64,000 bases of DNA from an uncultured Clostridium sp. GTDB taxonomy: Bacteria; Bacillota; Clostridia; TANB77; CAG-508. Every line of letters starts with the position of its first letter. Position 1 is the stretch's first letter. The notes below the pieces were generated by a model. That model was not told the DNA's origin. It worked only from the letters and a program-made list of their open reading frames with translations, and ran no database searches. Below, one piece after another: positions 10,785 through 18,887 of this stretch. The stretch spans positions 32,280-96,279 of the forward strand of contig CAMMLS010000001.1 in the NCBI GenBank assembly GCA_946497775.1, read 5' to 3'. Made by a program: the position numbers and the translations under genes.

Positions 10785-11513
10785 ATGAAAAAGAAAATTT
10801 TATTTATACTAGTATTGGCAATAGTTATATTAGGGGAACTAATGAGTATTAGTACATTAGGAATGATGCAAAGTACAAAGCCAGATTTTGAAAATGGTCA
10901 AGTAACAGTAGACAGACTAAATATGCGAACAGGTCCAAGTACAGATTATGGAGTTATTGACATATTAAAAAATGGAGATTACATACAAATATATGCTAAA
11001 TTAGATGATTGGTATATAGTGCAAACCAACGAAAACATAGTAGGATGTGTAAATTCTAAATATGTAAAACAAGCACAAGATGCAATAGATAGTGGAGCAG
11101 GAGAGTATACAGAAGAAATAACATCATCTTTGACAGAAGATGAAAAAGAAATATTAGAATTAATCAATACTGAAAGAACAAATAATGGATTAAATCCATT
11201 ACAAATAGATGATGACTTACAAAATATAGTTAGAATAAAAGCACAAGATATGATTGACAATGATTATTTTGCACATGAATCTCCAACATATGGTTCTCCA
11301 TTTGAAATGATGAAATCAAATGGAATAACATACAAAACAGCAGGAGAAAATATTGCGGGAAATTCTGATAACAAAAAAGCAGTTGAGGCATGGATGAATT
11401 CAGAAAGCCATAGAAATAATATATTAAACAATAGCTATAATTATACAGGAGTAGCAGTTGTAAGCAGTAGTAAATATGGGAAAATATTTGTTCAAATGTT
11501 TATAGGAAAATAA
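10785..11513 (+). CDS. Secreted SH3b + CAP/SCP (YkwD-like) domain protein
   Basis: Signal peptide, then an SH3b-like segment (VTVDRLNMRTGPSTDYGVIDILKNGDYIQIY). CAP motifs are YFAHESPTYGSPFEMM, GENIAGN and AWMNSESHRNNIL. Confidence 0.75.
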   Translation: MKKKILFILVLAIVILGELMSISTLGMMQSTKPDFENGQVTVDRLNMRTGPSTDYGVIDILKNGDYIQIYAKLDDWYIVQTNENIVGCVNSKYVKQAQDAIDSGAGEYTEEITSSLTEDEKEILELINTERTNNGLNPLQIDDDLQNIVRIKAQDMIDNDYFAHESPTYGSPFEMMKSNGITYKTAGENIAGNSDNKKAVEAWMNSESHRNNILNNSYNYTGVAVVSSSKYGKIFVQMFIGK

Positions 11514-11520
11514 GAATAAA

Positions 11521-11559
11521 AATCACCTTAAAAGAATATTCTTTTAAAGGTGATTTTTT
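11521..11559 (+). terminator. Rho-independent terminator whose 3-prime arm contains the SD of the next gene
   Basis: Arms ATCACCTTAAAAG / CTTTTAAAGGTGAT followed by TTTTTT. ATG 11560 follows immediately. Confidence 0.7.
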
Positions 11560-12810
11560 ATGCTAAGAAAAATTGTAGTTATAATTTTAGTAATTTTAAA
11601 TCTTTTAACATTAGTATGCTATGCTGATGATATAGATTTAGAAAATTTTCCAGCAGAAGAGATTTGGGAGGAAATACAAAACGTAAATAAACAAGTAAAT
11701 TCAAATCCTCCAACATTAAATTCAAGAGCTGCAATTATTTTTGATAGAGAATCTAAAACAGTAATATTTGGCAAAAACATAAACGAAAAAAGAGCAATGG
11801 CTTCAACAACAAAAATAATGACAGCAATAATTACACTTGAAAAAGGCAATTTAGAAGATGTTGTAGAAGTATCAAAAAAGGCTGCCAATATAGGAGGGTC
11901 AAGACTTGGACTAAGTACAGGTGATAAAATAAAATTAAGAGATTTGCTATATGGTTTGTTATTACGTTCTGGAAATGACGCGGCAATTCAAATCGCAATT
12001 CATATAGGAGGAAGTGTAGAAGGATTTGCAGAACTAATGAATAATAAAGCAAAAGAGTTAGGACTACAAAATACACATTTTGTAACACCACACGGATTAG
12101 ATGATTCAAATCATTATACAACAGCATATGAACTTGCTCTTCTCACAGATTATGCATTAAATATTGAAGAGTTTGCTAAAATTGTAAATACAAAACAAAC
12201 AACAATATCAATTAATTCAAAACCAATGACAATAACCAATACAAATGAATTACTAGGGAATTTAGATGGAGTAAATGGGGTTAAAACTGGATTTACAAAT
12301 AATGCAGGAAGATGTCTAGTTACATCGGTTAAAAGAAATGATTGGCAAGTTATTACAATTGTATTAGGTGCAGACACTAAAAAATTTAGAACAAAAGATA
12401 GCATTGAATTAATTGAATATAATTTTAAAAATTTTGAAAGAGTAAATATAAAAGAAAAAATAGAAGATGAATTTGAAAAATGGAAAATTGCAAATGCTAA
12501 TAATATAGAAATAATAAAGGGAAAGCAAAATAATATAAAAATAGGAATGACATATAATTATGACTATGAATTATATCCAGTAAATAAAACCGAACTTAAT
12601 AATATAAAAATACAGATAGAATGTAAAAAAAAGGTAATAGCTCCAATTGAAAGAAATTACCAAATAGGTGAGATACATGTAATACTGTCTAATAAAGAAA
12701 TAATGAATATTCCAATAATTATAGAAGAAGCAATTGAAAAGAAAAATGTAACAGACTATTTTGGAGAAATCATGAGTAATTATACAAATATAATTATAAA
12801 TGGAATATAA
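11560..12810 (+). CDS. D-alanyl-D-alanine carboxypeptidase (PBP5-type serine peptidase)
   Basis: 416 aa with a signal peptide. Motifs: SxxK (ASTTKIMTA), SxN (SGND) and KTG (KTGFT). Confidence 0.85.
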   Translation: MLRKIVVIILVILNLLTLVCYADDIDLENFPAEEIWEEIQNVNKQVNSNPPTLNSRAAIIFDRESKTVIFGKNINEKRAMASTTKIMTAIITLEKGNLEDVVEVSKKAANIGGSRLGLSTGDKIKLRDLLYGLLLRSGNDAAIQIAIHIGGSVEGFAELMNNKAKELGLQNTHFVTPHGLDDSNHYTTAYELALLTDYALNIEEFAKIVNTKQTTISINSKPMTITNTNELLGNLDGVNGVKTGFTNNAGRCLVTSVKRNDWQVITIVLGADTKKFRTKDSIELIEYNFKNFERVNIKEKIEDEFEKWKIANANNIEIIKGKQNNIKIGMTYNYDYELYPVNKTELNNIKIQIECKKKVIAPIERNYQIGEIHVILSNKEIMNIPIIIEEAIEKKNVTDYFGEIMSNYTNIIINGI

Positions 12811-12912
12811 ATAAAATTGCTAATTTATAAAAGCACAAGAACTTCTTGATTTTGGCAAAAAACTATTGACTTTTATTATATATTTTGTTATTATAATAAC
12901 TGTCAATCAAGT

Positions 12913-12988
12913 GCGGGAATAGCTCAGTTGATAGAGCGCTGCCTTGCCAAGGCAGAGGTCGCGGGTTTGAGCCCCGTTTCCCGCTCCA
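12913..12988 (+). tRNA. tRNA-Gly (anticodon GCC), CCA encoded
   Basis: Acceptor GCGGGAA/TTCCCGC, 7-nt anticodon loop TTGCCAA flanked by CTGCC/GGCAG, T-arm GCGGGTTTGAGCCCCGT. Very similar to canonical bacterial tRNA-Gly(GCC). Confidence 0.92.
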
Positions 12989-13071
12989 AAAATTTTATAT
13001 AGAAAAATTTTTGTATTACTTACTATTAAATATTCATCATTTATTATTAACTAGCATATAATAAAATATAA

Positions 13072-13145
13072 GGCGCCATAGCCAAGTGGTAAGGCACGAG
13101 TCTGCAAAACTCTGATCCCCGGTTCAAATCCGGGTGGCGCCTCCA
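13072..13145 (+). tRNA. tRNA-Cys (anticodon GCA), CCA encoded
   Basis: Acceptor GGCGCCA/TGGCGCC, anticodon loop CTGCAAA, T-arm CCCGGTTCAAATCCGGG. Confidence 0.9.
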
Positions 13146-13184
13146 AATGTAAAATTTAAATTTTTATGAAATTAAAATTGAGAT

Positions 13185-13213
13185 TTGACATATAATAATT
13201 AATGTAGTATACT
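13185..13213 (+). promoter_or_regulatory. Sigma-A-like promoter (TTGACA-17-TATACT)
   Basis: TTGACA at 13185-13190, a 17-nt spacer, TATACT at 13208-13213. It points toward the twin terminators. Confidence 0.5.
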
Positions 13214-13219
13214 ATATTT

Positions 13220-13346
13220 AGCTTATAAGCAAAGTAATTTAATGTATAACATTTGTAAAATGTAACACTTGAAAAAGACTAACAGGGCAAAAAGGTTAGT
13301 CTTTTTCCATTATAAAAGACTAGGAGGGCAAATCCTAGTCTTTTTC
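13220..13346 (+). ncRNA. Candidate small RNA, convergent with and 3-prime-overlapping the miniprotein gene (antitoxin-like)
   Basis: The promoter above plus two tandem terminators define a transcript of about 90-125 nt with no ORF or RBS. Alternatively this is just the tRNA operon 3-prime tail. Confidence 0.3.
13272..13346. terminator. Two tandem, sequence-related bidirectional terminator hairpins
   Basis: AAAAGACTAAC..GTTAGTCTTTTT (13272-13306) and AAAAGACTAGGA..TCCTAGTCTTTTT (13314-13346). Both have A-runs and T-runs on both sides. Confidence 0.75.
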
Positions 13347-13349
13347 TGT

Positions 13350-13418
13350 CTAATCATCAAATTCTTTTAATACTAAAAGAATGATAATCAATGCAAGTAA
13401 TTTAATATATTTTTTCAT
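13350..13418 (-). CDS. 22-aa hydrophobic miniprotein MKKYIKLLALIIILLVLKEFDD (type I toxin-like or small membrane protein); not in the ORF track
   Basis: The RBS AAAGGAGGTG lies 12 nt upstream of the ATG at 13418. A TTGAAT-17-TATATT promoter-like sequence lies upstream on the minus strand. The stop TAG runs into the bidirectional hairpins. Confidence 0.5.
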   Translation of the reverse strand: MKKYIKLLALIIILLVLKEFDD

Positions 13419-13559
13419 TTGTATAAGTAACACCTCCTTTCTAGCTTATTGCCGAAAGGCTATTTTAATATACAATAATTTTTTAGAATATTCAATAATA
13501 TTTTAAAAATTTCCAAAAATATCTAAAAATAGCGAAACGTATTGAAAATATCATAAAAA

Positions 13560-13576
13560 TGTAATATAATTGTAAT
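13560..13576 (+). promoter_or_regulatory. WalR/PhoP-type direct repeat TGTAAT-N5-TGTAAT
   Basis: TGTAATATAATTGTAAT; the 8-mer TGTAATAT is repeated with an 11-bp period. It lies about 90 bp upstream of the adhesin promoter. Confidence 0.4.
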
Positions 13577-13666
13577 ATTAGTAGGGCTTTTAATAAAATG
13601 CATATAGCCCTAAGAATTAATAGGTAATATTTTAGTAATATACTAATTACCTAGAAAAAGCTAGTA

Positions 13667-13694
13667 TTGACTATAAAAAAATAAATAGTAAAAT
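13667..13694 (+). promoter_or_regulatory. Sigma-A-like promoter of the adhesin gene (TTGACT-16-TAAAAT)
   Basis: TTGACT at 13667-13672 and TAAAAT at 13689-13694. The RBS AAGGAAGG precedes ATG 13726. Confidence 0.5.
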
Positions 13695-13725
13695 ATTATA
13701 TATAATAATTAAGGAAGGTATAAGT

Positions 13726-16700
13726 ATGAGAAAGAGTAAAGTATTATTGATTTTAGCAATTATTATAGCATTTTGCTTAGTGCCATTTTCAAATGTTGTA
13801 CAAGCTGTATCATCATATGAACTTGGAATTGTTCAAGCAAGAGAGGGAGGATATGCTTATCAAATTGAAGGAAAAGATATATTCAAAATAGTTGCATACA
13901 ACAATGATGTATATAACTATGATAATGCTATTTATTGTATCAAAGCAGGACCAGGGTTTGGTGGTACAATTACAGACCCATTAGAAAAAAGAACATATAG
14001 TATTTCATATGACATGAAGGATTTAGCAAACATACCTGAAAACTTTAAAAGTATGTTACCATCTGATGAGATGACAACAGAAACAATTGGAGATGAAGAA
14101 ATAACATACAGTAAATACAATGCTGTTCTTTGGATTTTAGATAATATGTATTTACCAAAACATCCAAATGAAACAGAAAGGCAAGCTATGAGAGATGCTC
14201 TACTTACAGCAGCTTTTCAAGAACAACTAGCAGAAGATGTCACTCCACCTTTTACAATTGACCAAATTAATTTAACAGATGATGACATTGAAGTTGTTCA
14301 ACAATTAGCACTATGGCATTTTACAAATACAGATGAATCTCCATATGACCAAGGTACAGATTTAGCAGCTATACAGATAAAAGCAAAAGAAAGCTCTGAT
14401 GGATATCAAGGATTTGATATGAAGTCTCATAGACAAGAAGATGCACAAACTCTTTATACATACTTTATAACAGAAGCCGTAAAAAATGCTCATATATATG
14501 GAACTGGTGATAATAGAAATATACCAGCACCTATTGTACTTTCTAATACAACTTTAAAAACAGAATATACAGAAAATGATATTATAGTAGGACCATTTAA
14601 TATTCAAAAACAATCTGAATTAGATTTTACAATTTCACAAAAAGTTTTAGACCAAAATGAAGAAGAAGTGTCAGATTATAAAATATTATATGAAAATGAT
14701 GAAGGACAAAAAGTAGAATTAGAAGAAGGTAAAACATTAAAAGATATAGTAGGAAAGAATTTCTACATTTCAGTTAGCAAAAATTCTGGAATTAATTCAT
14801 TAACATTAAAATTATTTGTAAACTATTATGAATCTGAATGTATATTCTGGACAGTAAGTGGTTCTAATGAAGATCAACCAGTTGTAATAGTAAACAAAAA
14901 ATTAAAAACAGATGAATTAACAGCTGGAATAAACTATAATTTTGATTTAGCACTTAGAAAATTTATAACACAAATAAACAACGAACAAGTAACAACAAGA
15001 GTTCCAGAAGTAGTTGTAGACTCAAATGGACAAATTACATATAGACATCCAAAAGACCCGGTAGCAGTAGAATCAGGAGATATAGTAATTTATACAATAA
15101 GAGTATATAATGAAGGAAGAATAAGCGGATATGCAGAAGAAATAAAAGATGATATCCCATCAGGACTAGAATTTTTACCAGACCATGAAACAAATATAAA
15201 ATATGGATGGACTTTAACAGAAGATGGAAAAAGTATAGTAACTAATTATTTAGGAAAAGACGAAAATAAAACACATTTACTAAACGCATTTGATTATCCA
15301 ACAATGGATAAGCCAGATTATGAAGAAGTAGAAGTTGCATTTAAAGTAGTTGAACCAAACTCTTCAAAAAATACAATAATAAATACAGCACAAATTAGTG
15401 AAGATTTAGATGAGAACGGAAATGAAATAGATGATATAGATTCTGTACCAGATAATAATATATTAACAGAAGATGATATAGATAAAGAATATTTAGTATT
15501 AAAAGAATTTGATTTAGCACTTAGAAAATTTATAACAGCAGTAAATGATACAGAGGTAACTACAAGAGTACCACAAATTACAGTTGATGAAAATGGAAAT
15601 GTTACATATACACATCCAAAAACACCAGTATCTGTTGAAAATGGAGATATAGTTGTATATACAATACGTATTTATAATGAAGGTGAAACATCTGGATATG
15701 CAAATTTAATAAAAGACGACATTCCAGAAGGATTAGAATTTATAATAGATAATGAAATAAATATTGAATACAGATGGAAATTATCAGAAGATTTAAAGAG
15801 TGTATCTACCGACTATTTATCATATGAAAGAGATGAAAACAATATATTAGATGCATTTGACTATCCAGAAATGCAAGAACCAGATTATAAAGATGTAAAA
15901 ATAGCATTTAGAGTAACAGAACCAAATACATCTAAAAATGTTTTAATAAACACAGCAGAAATAGAAGAAGATGCAGACAAGAACAATAATCCAACAGAAG
16001 ATAAAGATTCTGTACCAAATAATGGAGTAGAATCAGAAGATGATATAGACAAAGAATATGTAAGACTTAAATATTTCGATTTAGCACTAAGAAAATTTAT
16101 AACAGCGGTAAATGACGAACAATTAACAGGTGAAGATTCAAGAGAACCAGTTGTTAAAATAGATTCAGAAGGAAATATTGTATATGAACATCCAAAAGAT
16201 CCTGTTCCAGTAGCAACAGGGGATTTAGTAACATATACATTAAGAATATACAATGAAGGTTCAATAGACGGATATGCAAGTGAAATAATTGACGATGTAC
16301 CAGACGGACTAGAATTTGTACCAAATAATGAAATAAATATACAATATGGTTGGACAATATCAGATGATGGAAACCAAATAAGAACAGACTATTTATCAAA
16401 AGATAAGGATGTAAATAATTTAATTACAGCATTTGATAATAAAACAATGACAGAGCCATCTTATAAAGATATACAAATAGTATTTAGAGTAATAGAACCA
16501 AATACATCTTCAAGAATACTAATAAATGTAGCAGAAATTGCAGAAGATACAGATAAAAATGGAAATCCAGTTGATGATATAGATTCTGTACCAGAAAATA
16601 ATACAGATGGTGAAGATGATATAGACATTGAAAAAGTAAAAGTAGTATCATTTGACTTAGCACTAAGAAAATTTATAACAGCAATAAATGAAGATGAAGT

Positions 16701-17826
16701 AACATCAAGAGTACCACAAGTAGGATTTGATGAGAATGGAAACATTACATATACACATCCAAAAGATCCTGTACTAGTTTCTAATGGGGATTTGGTAACA
16801 TATACAATTAGAGTATATAATGAAGGAACACTTGATGGGTATGCAGAAAGTATAAAAGATAATGTTCCAGAAGGACTAGAATTCTTACCAGATAATGAGG
16901 TAAATAAACAATATAAATGGGTACTTTCAGAAGATGGAAAAACAATTTCTACTGATTACCTATCAAAGGCTAATTCAGAGGATAATATAATTAAAGCATT
17001 CCAAAAAGATACAATGGAAACACCTGATTATAAAGATGTAAAAGTAGTATTCAAAGTTACAGAAGAACAATTACCAGAAGATAGAATTTTAATTAATATA
17101 GCTGAAATAGAAGATGACGGAAATGAATTTGATTCAAGTGATATAGATTCAACACCAAACAATAATGTAGATGGTGAAGATGATATAGACATTGAAAAAG
17201 TAAAAGTTCAATATTTTGACTTAGCATTATTAAAATGGGTAAGTAAAGTAATAGTAACAGAAGACGGAGTAACAACAGAAAGAGAAACAGGACATACAGG
17301 ACTTGAAAATCCAGAGCCAATAGTTAAAGTTGAATTAGATAAAAACAAATTAAATAAAACAACTGTAAAATTTGAATATACAATAAAAATAACAAACGAA
17401 GGTCAAATAGCAGGTTATGCAACAGAAATTAGTGATTATATACCAGAAGGACTAGAATTTATACCAGAAGATAATCCTAATTGGACACAAGCAGATGGAA
17501 AAGTAACAACAAGACAATTAGAAAACACATTATTACAACCAGGAGAATCTGCAACTGTAACAATATTACTAACATGGAAAAATGATCAAAACAATTTAGA
17601 CCTAAAAATTAATACAGCAGAAATAAGCGAAGACGATAATGAATTTGATTCAAGTGATATAGATTCAACTCCAAACAATAAAGTGGAAGGAGAAGATGAT
17701 ATAGACACAGCACCAGTTATCTTATCATTAAAAACAGGACAAGATAGAATTTACTATGTATTATTTGGAACAATTTTATTAACAATAATTGGTGGAGTAG
17801 TATTAATTAAGAAATTTGTACTATAA
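13726..17826 (+). CDS. Large cell-surface adhesin: signal peptide, thioester (TQXA-type) domain, five ~189-aa DUF11-like repeats, C-terminal sorting-like signal
   Basis: 1366 aa. YCIKAGPG (Cys codon 13936-13938) and VQQLALWHFT (Gln codon 14302-14304) match the Cys/Gln thioester-domain signature. Repeats begin FDLALRKFIT. The C-terminus is LSLKTG plus a hydrophobic helix plus KKFVL. Confidence 0.8.
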   Translation: MRKSKVLLILAIIIAFCLVPFSNVVQAVSSYELGIVQAREGGYAYQIEGKDIFKIVAYNNDVYNYDNAIYCIKAGPGFGGTITDPLEKRTYSISYDMKDLANIPENFKSMLPSDEMTTETIGDEEITYSKYNAVLWILDNMYLPKHPNETERQAMRDALLTAAFQEQLAEDVTPPFTIDQINLTDDDIEVVQQLALWHFTNTDESPYDQGTDLAAIQIKAKESSDGYQGFDMKSHRQEDAQTLYTYFITEAVKNAHIYGTGDNRNIPAPIVLSNTTLKTEYTENDIIVGPFNIQKQSELDFTISQKVLDQNEEEVSDYKILYENDEGQKVELEEGKTLKDIVGKNFYISVSKNSGINSLTLKLFVNYYESECIFWTVSGSNEDQPVVIVNKKLKTDELTAGINYNFDLALRKFITQINNEQVTTRVPEVVVDSNGQITYRHPKDPVAVESGDIVIYTIRVYNEGRISGYAEEIKDDIPSGLEFLPDHETNIKYGWTLTEDGKSIVTNYLGKDENKTHLLNAFDYPTMDKPDYEEVEVAFKVVEPNSSKNTIINTAQISEDLDENGNEIDDIDSVPDNNILTEDDIDKEYLVLKEFDLALRKFITAVNDTEVTTRVPQITVDENGNVTYTHPKTPVSVENGDIVVYTIRIYNEGETSGYANLIKDDIPEGLEFIIDNEINIEYRWKLSEDLKSVSTDYLSYERDENNILDAFDYPEMQEPDYKDVKIAFRVTEPNTSKNVLINTAEIEEDADKNNNPTEDKDSVPNNGVESEDDIDKEYVRLKYFDLALRKFITAVNDEQLTGEDSREPVVKIDSEGNIVYEHPKDPVPVATGDLVTYTLRIYNEGSIDGYASEIIDDVPDGLEFVPNNEINIQYGWTISDDGNQIRTDYLSKDKDVNNLITAFDNKTMTEPSYKDIQIVFRVIEPNTSSRILINVAEIAEDTDKNGNPVDDIDSVPENNTDGEDDIDIEKVKVVSFDLALRKFITAINEDEVTSRVPQVGFDENGNITYTHPKDPVLVSNGDLVTYTIRVYNEGTLDGYAESIKDNVPEGLEFLPDNEVNKQYKWVLSEDGKTISTDYLSKANSEDNIIKAFQKDTMETPDYKDVKVVFKVTEEQLPEDRILINIAEIEDDGNEFDSSDIDSTPNNNVDGEDDIDIEKVKVQYFDLALLKWVSKVIVTEDGVTTERETGHTGLENPEPIVKVELDKNKLNKTTVKFEYTIKITNEGQIAGYATEISDYIPEGLEFIPEDNPNWTQADGKVTTRQLENTLLQPGESATVTILLTWKNDQNNLDLKINTAEISEDDNEFDSSDIDSTPNNKVEGEDDIDTAPVILSLKTGQDRIYYVLFGTILLTIIGGVVLIKKFVL
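14941..17700 (+). repeat. Five in-frame tandem coding repeats (period 564-576 nt)
   Basis: Repeat starts are at 14941, 15508, 16075, 16651 and 17215 (TTTGATTTAGCACTTAGAAAATTTATAACA and variants). Each encodes FDLAL[RL]K..V..GD.V.YT.R.YNEG...GYA...D..P.GLEF. Confidence 0.85.
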
Positions 17827-17840
17827 TAAATAGATAAAGG

Positions 17841-17879
17841 CATAAGCTTAAATGAAAATTTAAGCCTATGTCTTTTTTT
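17841..17879 (+). terminator. Rho-independent terminator
   Basis: CATAAGCTTAAA..TTTAAGCCTATG followed by TCTTTTTTT. Confidence 0.7.
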
Positions 17880-17942
17880 ATAAAAATATTGTGTAAAAAA
17901 AACATATATGATATAATAAATTCCAAAATGAGGTGTAAATAG

Positions 17943-18872
17943 ATGAATCAAATATTATATATACAAAAAGAGAAGAAAAAGGGAAGTACAGTAGAAATAA
18001 ATAAAATAGTTCTATTTTTCTCAATAGCTATAATTGTATTTGGATTAGTAATGCTAGGACAAGGTGTATATGGAGCATATAAAAACGGAGAAATGAGAGC
18101 AGCAATAGAAAATGCAGCACCAGTAGCCTCAATAGATAGAGAGGGCCAACAATTAAAAATATATGCATCACATATAAGAGCGATTGCTAAAATAGAATAC
18201 AATTGGAATAATGATGAAGATACAGCTAATTCAATTGATGGTAATGGTAGAAACACAATAACACAGAGAATAGATTTACCAGCAGGAGACAATACATTTA
18301 ATTTAACAGTAACAGATGTAAATGGAAAAACATCAACATACTCAAAAGAATTTTATATGGAAACTGGAAAAGATATAACAAAACCTAAAATTGAACTTTC
18401 AGTAGTTGGCAATTACGTAAAAATAACAGCAACAGATGAAACAGAATTATCATATATAACATATAGATGGAACGAAGAAGACGAAACAAAAGTTGAACCA
18501 GGAGAAACAGAAAATGCAAAAATCGAAACAAATGTAGAAATACAAAGAGGTCAAAATACATTAACAATAATTGCCGTGGATTCAAGTAATAATACAACAA
18601 CAAGAGAAGAAATTTTTGAAGGTAGAGTAAAACCAACATTAGAAGTATATATAGATGGTGGATACTTAGTAATTACAGCAAGACATGATGTAGGCGTAAA
18701 ACAAATAGATTACACAATAAATGGTCAAGCATATAGCATACAATATCCAGAAGCACCTGAAATGACATATAGACAGCCGTTAGACGAAGGATACAATAGA
18801 GTATCGATTACAGCTTACAGCGTAGAAGATACACAAGAAACATTTGAAGGAGAATGCACATATACACCATAA
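17943..18872 (+). CDS. Membrane-anchored protein with three Ig-like repeats
   Basis: 309 aa with an N-terminal TM (IVLFFSIAIIVFGLVMLG). It has three beta-rich repeats of about 75 aa (YNWNN../YRWNE../YTINGQ..). No known family recognised. Confidence 0.5.
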   Translation: MNQILYIQKEKKKGSTVEINKIVLFFSIAIIVFGLVMLGQGVYGAYKNGEMRAAIENAAPVASIDREGQQLKIYASHIRAIAKIEYNWNNDEDTANSIDGNGRNTITQRIDLPAGDNTFNLTVTDVNGKTSTYSKEFYMETGKDITKPKIELSVVGNYVKITATDETELSYITYRWNEEDETKVEPGETENAKIETNVEIQRGQNTLTIIAVDSSNNTTTREEIFEGRVKPTLEVYIDGGYLVITARHDVGVKQIDYTINGQAYSIQYPEAPEMTYRQPLDEGYNRVSITAYSVEDTQETFEGECTYTP

Positions 18873-18887
18873 AAATAGGAGAAAAAT

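Noticed and set aside
12989-13071. The AT-only hairpin CAAAAATTTT..AAAATTTTTG directly after tRNA-Gly as a terminator or att site.
   Set aside because: The stem is entirely A/T and therefore weak, and tRNA-Cys follows 80 bp later, probably in the same transcript. No matching repeat was found elsewhere in the window.
12913-13145. Whether the two tRNA genes in the window could be the CGG or 4-base decoder.
   Set aside because: Both have standard 7-nt anticodon loops (TTGCCAA for Gly-GCC, CTGCAAA for Cys-GCA) and canonical structure. They offer no evidence for an expanded anticodon.
13440-13725. A c-di-GMP or other riboswitch upstream of the adhesin (also checked 34622-34737 upstream of pilM and 37470-37542 upstream of the pilin).
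   Set aside because: The leaders are short and almost pure A/T, with no conserved GC-containing helices. The hairpins at 13580-13660 lie upstream of the predicted promoter.
14941-17700. Periodic repeats of about 570 nt as a CRISPR array, IS element or satellite.
   Set aside because: The repeats are in frame within one long CDS and encode protein domain repeats. There is no spacer-repeat architecture, and no CRISPR array is seen anywhere in the window.
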